The translations under genes were made by a program, and so were the position numbers. This document shows, piece after piece, positions 20,401 through 33,288 of a stretch of 45,604 nucleotides of DNA. How positions within the stretch are numbered: the stretch's first letter is position 1; every line of letters starts with the position of its first letter. The stretch is from NCBI GenBank assembly GCA_000708835.1, contig DF237561.1, positions 7,468-53,071 on the forward strand, given 5' to 3'. The notes beneath the pieces are model-generated. The model had not been told where the DNA came from. It worked only from the letters and a program-made list of their open reading frames with translations, and ran no database searches. Source of the DNA: Klebsormidium nitens (taxonomy: Eukaryota; Plantae; Klebsormidiophyceae).

Positions 20401-21155
20401 TGGAGGTCTTTCGGAGCACTCTTGGCATGGAAAGGCTGTTTCGTTGTCCACTTTTCGTCGGTTTGACAGAAGACTCTAAACTAGTGCGAGCATGCTCGTT
20501 TTTCGTGAGCATTCTCCTAGGGGTCGCTGCAGACGATGCATATGGTACCTCAAGAGCGAAGCAAAGTAAGCTGGTTGTCCAGCGTATGCTTATTACGAGG
20601 GTCTATTTCAGCATGGTACCAGATTGGTCAAGCCTTCTCTTCTCTCTTAAGGTTACGGCTAAGACCGACTTGAGCGACTTTTACCGCAACCTGCTCAACA
20701 AGAACGAGGCGTTTGGGGCTGGCGCTCGAAGCATCGCCGTGCCTGCTCGGGAGACGCCCCCGAGCACTGCAGCGGACAATAGAGCGACTGCTCAAGAGAG
20801 AGCGACAAACGACGTGAACGACGATACCACGCAAGAGTCCAAGGAAGCGCTTGAAGATCCTATGGGCGCTGCTAGGAAAAGCTCGGAAAGCGAGAGCTTG
20901 AAAGAACGGAGTTTAGAAAGAGAAAGGGAGCGAATACGTGAGGTGAGCGACGGAGGGCAGGAGGGTGCGCAACTAGAATCGGGAGAGGAACAGGCTGGAA
21001 ACGTGGTGTCCCACAAGCAAAAGGGCTCACAAGATGTTCGTACAACACCGGGTGTCAATGAGGAGCGTGGGGCTAGTTCGGAGAGGGCAACGAAGACAGA
21101 TGCGGTAGCCGAGGCAAAAGCTAGGTACCTAGCAAGGAAGAGACAAAGAACTTGA
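17418..21155 (+). CDS. NSRP1: Nuclear speckle splicing regulatory protein 1 / coiled-coil domain-containing protein 55 (DUF2040 family), about 339 aa, 4 exons
   Basis: Exons 17418-17591, 17997-18119, 18959-19177, 20652-21155 (1020 nt, all phase 0, GT-AG). Motifs MKYGL, EDPNVFDYDGVYD, PRYIEALLKKAKERE, EAHLYGDKEKFVTGAYKRKLAE, DLSDFYRNLL, and terminal AVAEAKARYLARK. Confidence 0.92.
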
Positions 21156-23126
21156 CATTAGTCTGGCAATCCTACAATCGGCGAAGCCATCCAGGTCAGA
21201 AGTTGGGTCTAACACTGAACCGTTGAATTATATGATGAGCATGTGAAGTAACATAGACGCATGGATCACGTTTTACTACTTATTTCCTGCTTGCTTTTGG
21301 GGCGTTGAACTATCCTTTACCAGTGCTTGCATGTATACCGCGTGCCAGCATCCCTTATCTTGCCTCGTAGGCCCTTTCAACATGGCACGATCTCAGTCTA
21401 GATGGTGAACTTGGCCAGCTTTCATTTCTACCATAGTGTGAATTTGATATCTTGGCCGCGTCGATCGGGCCGTTAAGTCATCAGAGCAGAATGTCGATCA
21501 ATCGACATTCTGCTCTGATGGATTCTGCTCCAATTGGACGATCACTGAACATCCAATTCCGATGTTGCATGACGAGGAGCGTGTCCTGATTCAGTGTGCA
21601 TGTCGCCCATGTTGAATGATTTTGGGATGCCTCGTATATATGACCGCCGGAAAAAATTGAATATAAAAGTAAAGTTGCGCGCGCAAAACTTGAGCTATAG
21701 TATAGATCTGAAAGCATGCATGTTCAATGCAATGTACTACATAAGAAGTAGCTAGAAAATACAGGTATTGAACGGGTATAAAGCTAGCCTCTGAGTCTTA
21801 GCTAGGTATCGTCATGCAACCAGGTACAGCTAGCTAGGCTTAGCCACCGTCGGACTACCGTAGGTATAATGAAGCCAGCTGACCGTCTCTCTGCATTTGA
21901 ATGCAATGCATCTCGATCTCGGACGCTAACGGTAGACCGTAGCTAGTGACCCGTGCACAAGTTTTCAGAGGACTTTCCCTCGGTGAAGTTTACCGGGCCT
22001 TTCTGAACACTTAAAATTGGGGGGGCTGCCGCCCCCCCGAGCCCCCTCGCTCCTTCCTCTTGCGGTCTTAGCGTCGTTGCACGAAAATTGGACGATAACT
22101 GATAACTGTAAGCTGAGTCCTTTGTGCCGCAGTGCACACTGCGCGGCCATTTTCCTTGGTTCTGCAGCATGTATCCGACTCTCCGCGTACCGAAGTAATA
22201 ATGCTTTTGACCTTTTGACGTCAGCTGTGATGACCCGGCCCGCGGCTGTGGACCGCGTGTCACATGGTGCACGTGTCTACTCGATGCACCGTGCTACGAA
22301 TTGCCGCCGGTGCTTCCGCAGTAGGTACCGGTTTTGTCCTAGCCTGCCCTTGGATCCTCCCGAGTCCCGAATGAACCTGTGGTGCACTGTGCTCCATGGT
22401 GACGTGACGCCAACCGGTAGGTACCGTGCCGTTCAAATTGACCCCCAGGGCCCAGGGCCCACCTGGCGCACGTGTGTGAGTTTATAGCCTGCCTTCACGA
22501 CTTGCGAGCGACGACGGTGCCATGTGCCGCCTGGCAAAGAGGCCGCCCGGCGCCGAGTTCAAGGCATTGCGCAATGTGCACACTGCACACCGTCAGCTGA
22601 GCGAATACCTATGCCCCAGGCCCCTAGGTATGCGGAATACCGGATTACCGGTACATACTCTCGGTTCTGCGCGTCTCTTGAAGTTGATGGTCTCTTGATC
22701 AGCTCCGAGTCTTGATGTCAGCGATCCTCATCATGCACCCTGCATAGACGCGACAGCTTTGGATTCACAAAAGTCTCTTGTCCCTGCAAATCAAATCAAT
22801 AGTACCTACCTAGGTGTACCGGTACAGAGTCACGGGCTACAGCTGGTGCTCTGAAGACAATCAAGGGTCTTCATTCTCAGGTTGCTCAATCCAAACAAGG
22901 CAGTGGGACTACATCCCAGCGCCCTATCCAGCTGAGCTTTTGCATGAAGCTAGATCCACCATCATTTAGGAGGAGTGTGAACCAAAACGCATTCTTTTTG
23001 TTCAAAGCTGCAATACTCGAAAGGAGTGGTGAACTACAAGTAGCTGTCTTTGGCAGGGCCATCTTGAGCTGTCTTCCAGCTGAAAAGCTTTGAGAAATTC
23101 TATTAAACCACTCCGCTTGGGGCAGC

Positions 23127-26100
23127 ATGGCTCCAAGTGCTGACGTCGAGGCTGGGGCTCCCCACTCGCCCCACAAGGTGGACACGAATCCTACCCCACA
23201 GGTCACCTACAAGGATTTTAAGAAGATCATCGACTACAAGAATCCCAAGGACTGCATTTTTGGAAACTACGATTATGGATCAATGTGCATGGTAAGCGCT
23301 TGCCCGCTTTCTCTTAAAATCCCCTGAAATATTGTTGGCATTTGAAAGCGGCGATATTTAATCAAGTAAAACATTCAAAGAATCGAGGGCAGATACAAGG
23401 ACTTTTTAAATCCTTCTTTTCAGCTGGCTTTATGTATGCAATGCTTCAAAGAATGTTGTTTAGACCCCCAATTGTCAAAAGCATGCACCGATTGAGCACT
23501 TCTTTCCTGACAATGTGGCTACATTAATATGGCACCTGCAGACTTGGAGAGAAGACTGTGAGCTGATTGTGTAACGAGTCTGGATGATCTCTCACCTGGC
23601 CAACCATGGGGTGGAGAGGTAGGAGTTACGCTCCAGAACAAAAACCAGGCAATCTACGAGCACAAATGTTTCTCCGCGGTCGCTCATCATCATGATTGAC
23701 TTGCATTGAAATCATCTGCTCTCTTTCTCGTTGCCCTGCAGCCCCGGTGGCCGTGGTGCACTGGGCGCTTCCCCAATCTGAAGCCTACCCCCCAGCGCTT
23801 CTTCCCTGTGGACGAGCCTCTCCCCTGGATGCTGGCACTCCTCATGGGCTTCCAGCATGCTGTTGCCATGGTCTGTCCCTTGCAACTGGTCTATTCTCTC
23901 AGAAAGCTACACGAAGATTTTATGAAGGTTCAGCTGGACCTGCTTGCCAAATAATCCTAATTTTCTATGAAGGATTGCATTCTCAATGTAAGGAAACAAT
24001 GCAATGCACAGCATCCCAGAGCAGGAACGATCTTCGTTTCAGGAGGCAGTCTTCTTCTTATTCTTCTTGACCCACATTCATTTCCTCTAAAGAAGAAACA
24101 TAGACTCAATTTAGCTCCTATGAAGACAATATGCACCTAGTGCAGTCTGGTTTGTTGGTGCATTTAGGCATACCCTCCTAATGCATCACCACGTGTTTGA
24201 CATTTCCTATTGTCCCTGCAAATCATGATAAGCTAGTGTCACCTTTGTTTCCTCATCCAGATTGGTGGCATCATCGTCCCACCCCTGCTGATCTCTGCCA
24301 CCCAGGATGACCCTGATACCAAATCATGTAAGTGCAACAGCCCTTGGCTGGTCCAACCTAGTCTCAATCTGAACCTAACTTTGATTGCGCAGAAAGGGAC
24401 TATATTTCCCTGAGAATGTCATCCGTAATACAGCAGGAGTGAGTGAGGAATCTGGAGCTGTTGCTTGGTCTTTATTCAGGCATTGGTGCAGACTTGACCT
24501 CAGTAAACAATCGCTCAATTCTTCAGACCTGTCAGGAAGTGGAGTACTGTCTGGTCTAGAAATGGACCTGCACATGTCGATGAATATGTCCAGTCACGAT
24601 CTGGAGACACCTGGATATGTGCCAAAGATCAGAAACCAACTTTGATGGTCAAACACTGAGACTATTTCTCACAGCCCTTCTCCACAAGACTTTAACCTCT
24701 TGATTTGCACACCGTCTGACATGTCGTCCATCATTTGCAGACCTGGTCTCAGCCTCTCTCATTGTCTCGGGCATCTGCTCCGTCATCCAGTGCTTACGCT
24801 TCAAGATTCCGTACACCAACCTGTTCTACGGAACAGGAATGATCACAGTAACGGGGAATGGTGAGTTCGAAAGCATGCCTCATGTCCCTCTCTTCTGGTA
24901 AAAAGTCATTTCCGCGGATATAGAAGGAAGGATCTAGGATGCCGTTTGGAGTGTTATCGTTGAAAAGAGCCACAAGAACGGTTTCCTAGCATCTGACTTT
25001 TCCCAGCTCATTCACCTTGAAACTTCCTTTCACCATGCAGGAGTCCAGCAGCTGCAGGTCATTCTGATCTCCCTGGAGCAGATGACGGTGAGCGACTTGA
25101 GGGAAAAGTGCCAGACTGATTAATCCATAAAAGGACTGCACCTGAGCCCTCGACTGCCACCAATGATCACAAGCTGCAAAGACCACAAACCTTTGGTTTC
25201 GTGCCATAACTTTGCTCTCACGAAGAATCATGAACTAGACCTGACTTGGAGACCCTGATATCGCATTGCAAGCCCTGCGGATGATAATGAAGGTGGTCAA
25301 GCGGAGGCTGTAGCTGGTCAGATCGACTCTGTGCCCCTTAGAGTGCCCTCTAAATCTGACTGCTTTCAGAACTTTTGTGTGCTTGTCCGACACTTCATCT
25401 ATATATACAGTTCGAGTGCGTGAGTCTGAGCGCCTAGCTTAGCTGTTTGCCTGCCTGCAATTGCAGGCAGACGGTGTTCCTTGGAACGAAGCCTATGGGA
25501 AGATGCTCGGCACACTCTTCCTCTGCTCTTTCACCATGGTCCTAATCTCCTTCCTGCCTGAGAAGGCCATCAACCGCATCTTCCCACCATGGTAAGCCGA
25601 TCCCTGAAAGCTCTCACTCTAATGTTTTCTTCCTCAAAACCTTTGAAGTCAAACAAAAGATGCCTAAAAGCAGCTCTTTGTTCCCCAGGTTGGACGCCGT
25701 GCAAAATGTTAGAGACTCCAAGATCGTTTCACAATTGGCAGAATGATCATAGGTTAGAACAGGTGCCAGTGCAATAGTATTCAGGCTTATAGTATCTGGT
25801 CAGCGTGTCGAGAGTAAGCGTCCTCCCAGTCCCTACATGCGCCCTTCTAGCATAAAATCTTAGAAGGACGTCGGATAGAAACTCCTTGCAAGCCGGAGTT
25901 ATTCGTTCCTTTCAGAGACAAGAATAGCCGCTCCGACTCATTTGAAAACTTCCATCCAGAAACCAAAATCTACTTAGTTCCGTTTTGACGTACGATTTGC
26001 AGAATTGAAAGCTCGTTTTGCATCTGAAAGATCAATCGGAGCTTGGCTAACCCTTCTCTGAGCAGCCTTTAGCCCCCTCCCGATCGAAGTTCCAAACTCC

Positions 26101-29100
26101 GACTTCATTTAGAGGACGCCCTTGTTCACTCCTTGCAGGATTGCTGGTGTCACCGTCTTTGTTGGAGGCGTCAGTCTGGTCGGGGTTGGACTTTCGGTGA
26201 GTACCTTTCTTAGTAGCCTGGCGCCCTATCTGTCAAAACGCAAGGCAGCCATAATCATTGCGAGAGTCACGTACTGGTGTTTTTCAAAGATCCTGTCAAC
26301 CGAAATGGGACAGGCCACGCACTTGTAGGTCAAGAGGGAGCAAAATGCTTCAGATTGAAGTCCTCGATTGCATCAGTTTCTGAAGCGCTTGACAGAGGAC
26401 AGAGCAAAGCATACCAAGCTGCATGACAACTTTTGGGTGCAGAATCTGCAACCGTCTTCGTTTGTATCTATGACAAGTATATGCGGTATGATGTGTTGAG
26501 CGTCACATCCAGCTTTCTGGCGTTGCTTTCAGAACTGGGGTGGAGGTACGGGCTGCACCGATGGCAAAACTCTCTGCAAGGGGAACGGCGGCGTTGAGCT
26601 CCTCTTTGGAAACGCCAACTACATCGGCCTGGGATTCATTGTGTTTGCGTCCATCATAATCATCGAGCTTTTTGGATCCCCTTTCATGCGCAACGTTCAG
26701 GTAATGTCGACACACTACAGAGCTTCGTTGCTCCTCCTCATGTATCATCTATTCTGCGGCTCTGATTTGGATCTTTGAACTTGAAGTACTCATTGAACCA
26801 GCACTTTCGATCGATCGATCTGCTTGAAACTTTTATTCGCTGCTGTAAGCGGTACTGATTGTCTTTGAGAAACTGCGAGTGCCTCCCCTAAGAGAGAATC
26901 GCTTTCAATCCGAGGAGTAAGCATGTCCATCAAGATTCGGTCCCAAACTCTGCTGATCCATCCTGATCGTCGAAACTTCTGCCTCCAGTAGTAGGAGACC
27001 CTTGGAATGAGTGGTGACGCTTCGTGTATTTTTTCTTTGCTCCGAAAGTGCACTAGATTTGAGTGAGTGCTGCAGAGAGGGACATTTGACTGACTGATTT
27101 CATTGTCATTCTCTGCAGATCATGGCTGGATTCCTTATCGGTTACCTGGTCGCCGCTCTGGCCAGGCACGACGGACAAAAGTACACAAACAACGCAGCCA
27201 TCAGCGCGGCGCCAGCTGGCCAGTTCCTCTGGGTAAGAGGGAAACCTTTGGTACAGAAGCGATGATAGGATGAAACGCGCTATCAGCTTCACCTGGCGTG
27301 CAAGCAATATACACATCTCCGGACACATTCTAGCACGAGTTAAGAGGAGCATTACCAAAGAGTCAAAGAGGCATATTTGGACCTAAAAATAGGTTGAAAT
27401 CAGGACAAAATGTTCGTATAGTCCGGGGAGCTGGGAACCCCAGTCTGCAGTCCGTTGTTCAGAAGAAGGAGAGCTGCAGAGGCGCGTAAGTCTTGAACAG
27501 TCTGGTCCACATCTGTTGAGGAAAAGCTGACGAAGTTGACTCGTCGGTGCAGCTCAGGACCTTCAAGATCGGCTTCTATCCGGCAGCGGTGCTTCCTCTT
27601 ATCATCGCTGCCATGGTCGACTCGTCGAACACCGTTGGCGACATCACTGCAAGCGAGGAAGGCAAGCTTCTTCAACTCTCCCTAAACTTTTGAAGAAAGT
27701 CTCAAGCTGTTTTAAACTTCTCAATTTCTTCAAAACACCAAGTGTCGGGAGATTCTATCAGAGTCGGAGACGGATGCAGGTCCGAAAGGTGGTCAGGAAA
27801 ATCGGTTGGCAATCCACTTGCAGTCCTTGTTCAGTGTCTCGTTGAAACCAGGAATCTTTGGCCACTCCGCCACAGGCTAGAAAGTTGGTGCTACGATCAC
27901 TACCCTTGCGTTTCCTCGTAGCGAAAACTCAGCTCGCGGTGGAGTGCGGCGTCTCCTTCAGAAGCAATCTGAAATCCTGGTAGGCCTTAGTGCCGACTCT
28001 CGCAACCAAGGGATTGGTATTGGGGAAGCGAGTCTATATCACCAGGACTCCAGTGTCCGCTTTTCGATGCTCTCAAAAGGAAGAAGAAGCTGGATCTCTC
28101 TACGAGGGGCTTACCTGAGCGTCCCTTTCTCGTGCAGCTTCGGGGCTTGCAACTTACGGACCCGAGCACAACGCTCATCTGCAGGGGGGTCTTTTGGCCG
28201 ACGGTGAGACCCCTGACTTAAATAGAGGTTCTGCCCTGTATAAGTATGAGATTCTTATTCCATGACAGACCTTGACTGTGCTAGCAACGCCTCCTTTCAC
28301 TTCCTGATTGGTAGTTGTGTGTGACCCAACACAAGCCTTCACTGTGCAGGTATTAACAGCATGTTTGCGGCCTTGGCGACTGTCACTCCCGTCCTTGTGT
28401 TTGCTCAGAACAACGGGGTAAGTCAAGGGGACGTGGAGAGCATACATACCTTTCCACGTAATTTCGGTTCCCTCCAGGACTCTTCGAGGATCACGACTAC
28501 AAGAAAATAGTGCCCGAACGTTTCCATCGACAGGTGTCCAGTAAAGGTCTCAACGTGACCCGCGGGCCCGAAGCACCTAATAAGCGCACGCTCGAGTATC
28601 CGCATGAAGTTTGCACGCTAGTGCAGGACCTGATTCCACCCTTTCACTTTCTTCAAAATGAGTATGTTTTGCGTTTGACTCAGCCTGCGGCTCGCTTACG
28701 TCAGCTCTTTGGGAGTTGCTCTCCTCAATTGTGAAAGGCATTCGGCGTTTTTATTGCGAATTGAAATCTCCTCATGACCAAACCCGTTCCCCCTGCGATT
28801 GACAGTTAACCTAACCCACCTCTTAACCGCAGGTTATCTCCTTCACACTCGTGGCCGCCCGCGTGGCCGGCACCTTCTGCGGCTTCTGGCTGATCGCCCT
28901 CGGCATCATTGGCAAGTTCGGAGCTTTCCTAGCCAACGCGCCCAACATCATTCTCGGGGGGCTGCAGACCTTCGTCTTCTCAACAGTCGCCATGGCTGGA
29001 ATCCGGGTAAGCTCTTTATTCAGCCTTCTGAGGGTTCGCGCCTGGATTCCCGGTCCTATACACGGCACTGGGGTGCGTCCAGTTTTCCAAGGGGTCTCGA

Positions 29101-32092
29101 CGTTGTGGTCTGTGTTTCCTGGTTGCTCTTTGGCGCTTCGGTTGGGAGCAGCTTCCTGCAGTTGAGAAGATTCATGAATCCAGGCACCAGATGAGTAAAT
29201 CCTGTCGAGGAGAAACAGATTCTCGTTGCCACCAGTTTCCAAAAAAGTTGATCTTTCGAGCGTCGATATGCAAACGAACTTTCATGACGGCGTCAGGCTT
29301 TAGAGCCATAGTGAAGCGTGGGCAACGAACGGAGCCATACCCAGGCGCATCGGTGCTTCTCTCCCGTTCGATGATTCTTAAATCTGATTCTTCCCTTTGC
29401 GTGAATTCTTGCAGCTTATGATGATGACCAACTTCACACGCCGCATCAGGTGAGCATCACATGACATGCACGAACATTCCTGCTCGCGTTGCATTCTGCA
29501 AACGCGGTTCAAATTATGCTCGCTCGAAGCTCTTTGACAGCTAGAGGCGCCTTCTTTTATACTTTTCTGGCCTTCAGGAACGTCCTCTATATAGTCAATA
29601 TGAGCGCCCTCAACGCTCCACGACATGAATACTCCTGCCATGATTTGCGGTTCTTTTGCGGTGAAAGTCGTCGGCTTTGTGGCAAATTGTTGCGACCCAT
29701 GTGTCACCGTTTGCCGACTGCGCAACTGAAGGGAAAATCAAGCAAAAGGCCGGCTCATGCTCCTCCATTAATCCACTCGTAACGGAGAAGTGTCCGCAGT
29801 TGTTTGATGCTATCGTTAGTCATATAGTGAACGAAGGGTTTGTTTCACTGCGCAGGTTCATCCAAGTGCTGGCGATCGGAGTCGGTGTGGGTGCGACCCT
29901 TGTTCCCAACTGGGGGACCAATGACCTGTGGCCCGTCACCCCCAGCATGAGCACCTTCGTCAAGTCGCTCAGGTAATGGCACGTGTCTTCTCGCCCCGCC
30001 TTCCTTGCTTGCAACTCAAGGCGGAGAATTGTTTCGAAGTTGCTTCGTGCAGTCGCCTCGTGCTTAGATGCTTCTTGCAGTCGCCAGTGTGCTTGTCACG
30101 GTCTGGCTTTCACCAGCTTCAGCAGCTTCTTCAATCTTTGAAAAAGAACGTATTTCCCTCATTGTTCCTTTGTACTGAGTTTCCGCTTCACAACCGGTTT
30201 CTTCTTTTTTGTTATCAACATGAGTTGCCCCTCAACACTTCTTCCTTCTCCTTGTCGCATTCTTCGTTGACGTCTTACCTACTAATTCTCAACTTCTCAT
30301 TGCTCGGGTGCTTGTATGCATGATCCTTCTGCTTCTCAGAACTCTTAAGAAAAAAAATAGTAAGCCAAGATAATAGTAAGCTCCGACTAACACTGAAAAC
30401 CCTAACCTCAAATGAAACACCCGCTCCGCACCCGTACCCACCCTAATCACCATACTTACCCTACCCGGCACAGTGCGGCTACCTTACTATTATCTGGGCT
30501 TACTAATGCTTTTCTTGACTTGCATCTGCTTTTCCCATGGCTCCCGTCCTCGCCAGCACCCGCTTCTTTATTTGTGCGAAAGCGCAGAGTGATAATGCAC
30601 TTTGCTTCGCTCTTACAGGAACAGCGTGACGATCATCATGGGCACAGGCTTCGCGCTCGCCTTCGTCATCGCGGTTATCTGTGAGTCCGCTGCACTCCAT
30701 CGCAACCGACTTCCGTCTCGCGTTCTGATTGAAGCTATGCAGCTACTTTTATTAATCAACTTTAAACCCCTCAACCTGTGTAATATTCGAATGGGGAAAT
30801 TGTTGAGAGCGCCCGACCGTTACCTAAGCCGTAGCTGTTCCAAAAACCTTTGAAATCAAACTGGTTTCATCTGGGGAAGTTTCGTCCACACGCACTCGTG
30901 GGATGTCAGCATCTCCAAGCTTGTCAGCGACCTGATTGCATGAAGGCGTTTAGACGTGTTTAGTGGGGAAGACAAAGAGGTTCGCGAGAGCGAGTATTGG
31001 TTGCAGACGTCAGCATGACGTTCCTTACCCACTTGTCTCTGCAGGCCACAACATCCTGCCGGAGGAGGAGGACCCCGCGGCGCTCCGCCTGGTAAGTAGC
31101 TCGCACTTTTCCGGCGTGCTAGACAGCGGAATCCGCTCTGCAATGTTATCTTACCATCGATCCTTTGGTCCATTCTCAACGAGCTTGTGGTCAGAGCTGC
31201 GCAGATCCTCTTTGAGCCGTTCGTAGCCACGCTCTGGATTTGGCGCCACTTCACTTCTTCGAAGGAGCGTACAGAAATAAACGGCCGTTACAGGGCTTGT
31301 GCAATACGGAAGCAGGCTTTCTCAAGCTCGACAGACTCCTTCTTCAACATCTGACCGCGCTTCCTTTTGGGCCCTTCCAATTGATGACGTGGCATCAATT
31401 GACATCTTCACAAGCAAACAGGTTGCGCGAGCAGCAACGCAAACCGAACGGGGGACTTCAATCCCGCTCTCACCTTTTCTTGCCAAGAAGCAGCATAAGC
31501 TGACCTAAGCTGGCTTTCGTCTACAGGCTTATAAGCGGAACGCCATCGCGTATGGCGCGACCAACACCGAGGAGGGCCTCACCGAGGAGGTCTACGCGAA
31601 GCAGCTCGCGGAGCTCCGCGAAGAAGAGGCGGTGAGGCCCCGCCGGGAAACCCGCCCCGCTGACGTCACGCCTTCGTCATCTTCTTTGTGTATTTCACTT
31701 CAGAAGCTCCGCCAAGGAGTAGTCCGCAAGGCCTTGCCCGCAAAAGTCGGCGAGTGCAGTCATGTCTGTATTTCCTCTTTTTCTCGGTCCGAGAATCTTA
31801 CTTCAATGTCTCGGCCTGCCGCAAATGTTACTTGAGACCGCTGCCACCGGTTGCGTCGAAATTCTGGGTCACGCAAGCGGAATTCCTTTGACGAAGGTGG
31901 TGACGTCAGCAGCTTCACAGCCGTCACAGGCACGACCTCCGCATGTCCTTCTGAAGGACCCACTCCAACCAGAAACATAATTGGACAAGAGCGTGACGAC
32001 AGCCGGACCCTTGAGAATCTATCACAGCTTCTGACGAACGCTACAGAATTGGTTTAGCAGACGCACTCAGGAGCGTACTACCAGGAGAATGA
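23127..32092 (+). CDS. Nucleobase-ascorbate transporter (NAT/NCS2, SLC23 family), UapA/UapC-like xanthine/uric acid permease type
   Basis: Exons 23127-23291, 23742-23870, 24261-24327, 24741-24860, 25041-25087, 25467-25591, 26139-26196, 26533-26700, 27119-27232, 27553-27661 (GC donor), 28138-28203, 28350-28417, 28833-29006, 29415-29449, 29856-29972, 30619-30680, 31045-31091, 31527-31631, then 31704 onward. The chain is in frame (592 codons through exon 18). Motifs GFQHAVAM (TMS1 QH), NWGGG, GDITA, GGLLADG, and the NAT signature FAQNNGVISFT. The 3' end is uncertain: the stop may be at 31835, about 32057 or 32092. Confidence 0.9.
30346..30520 (-). mobile_element. Fold-back element, arm type TAGTAAG x2, inside a transporter intron
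   Basis: Arms AATAGTAAGCCAAGATAATAGTAAG (30356-30380) versus CTTACTATTATCTGGGCTTACTAAT (30483-30507), 2 mismatches in 25. Core in reverse orientation: AAAACCCTAACC...ACCCGCTCCGCACCCGTACCCACCCTAA. Confidence 0.85.
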
Positions 32093-33288
32093 CGCTTCGC
32101 AATCAAATCAGGCCGAGCTCCTTCAAGTGTGCTCCTTTTACGAGAGTTCCACTGGCACACGGAAAGGCGGAAAAACCGTGACCCTCCGCAAGCGGAGGGT
32201 TCTACTCGATCCCTGCTTCCACCTCTTTCTAATCAACTAAAGGGATCTGTGACCTTTTTCGGCCTTGCAGGAAGTGGCTCGTATGAGCGCCCCTGGCGCG
32301 CACGCGATGGCTAAGTAAGCTGACATTGCAATGGCGTCAGCAAGGCGTCCTTCCTTAATGGGACGCTGTAAAGAGTGCACAGGGTGCAGGGTCATGAAGT
32401 GCTTATCGCGTTTGCAAACGCATTGGTGTCTGTTCATAACAAAACAGGTATTTATACCGGGTAGCCAAGCTTTTGCTTTAGTTACCTAGTCTGGAGATTG
32501 ATGTCAGATACGTCATCTGTTTGGTGTAGCTTCATTTCGTTTTAATTGAAGCAGTCTAGAGCCTGTTGGGATTTGACAGCTAGAGGTGGAAGTGGACTAT
32601 ATGTCAAAAGCACTCAAATTTGAAGCTAGGGGTTGGAGAATAGGGGCAATGTCTTCTGGCCATTGGGAGGGGTGTCAATTTAACTACCTTGCATGGTTTT
32701 TATGACCGTGATACACGATCACGCATACTAACGCCTGAAGCAGTCCTAAAGTACATAAGATCGTACTACATACAGACGTACCTACAGTAGCATAAGTGTA
32801 GGTGAGACGGCATGGACGGTTCGGGAGGGCCGGGTCCGAGAACCCAGGAGCACCATCCAGAAGTTCAAGCCTTGATCTACTGTAGCTGTTTTGATAGAGC
32901 AGGTGTACTAGCCACAGAAGTCTGAAACAGGGATAAGTCTATAACGAGTTCGACTGGCAACGTCGAGTCCAGCGTTTCGCTGGTATATTACCAACTTTCT
33001 AGGTAGTCCTTGATTTTCAACTACGCATTGAAGTTTGCATCTCTGCTTCATTGTACATCCTTTGAAAAAGCCCTGGATGCCCCACTTCTGTGCGCGTGTA
33101 TTTTCGACCTTCTCCGACTAGATAAGTCTAGGTACAGTACCTCAGTCAGAATCCGAGTCATGCTGCGGCCGGCCCGCCCGGGTAGTGGCTGCGCGTGAGC
33201 ATGCCTAGGGATAGTCAGCGAGCGCCTCCAATCATGCATGCACAATACGGTAAACTAGTTGCACACTGCAACATAGCATGTCCGATTT

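Noticed and set aside
20241-20651. N-terminal 137 aa of the 304-aa ORF
   Set aside because: Open intron sequence. NSRP1 similarity starts only at the AAG|GTT acceptor (20652), which is in phase with exon 3.
21200-22900. Abundant GTAGGTAC/TACCTAC and TAGCTAGC motifs, also at 32400-34400
   Set aside because: Short low-complexity palindromic words typical of the intergenic background; no bounded element or regular spacing defined.
25228-25294. Possible mutually exclusive alternative to transporter exon 5 (PDIALQALRMIMK|GTGGTC)
   Set aside because: No convincing polypyrimidine acceptor in the right phase, weak donor, and the nearest TAG acceptor gives a stop.
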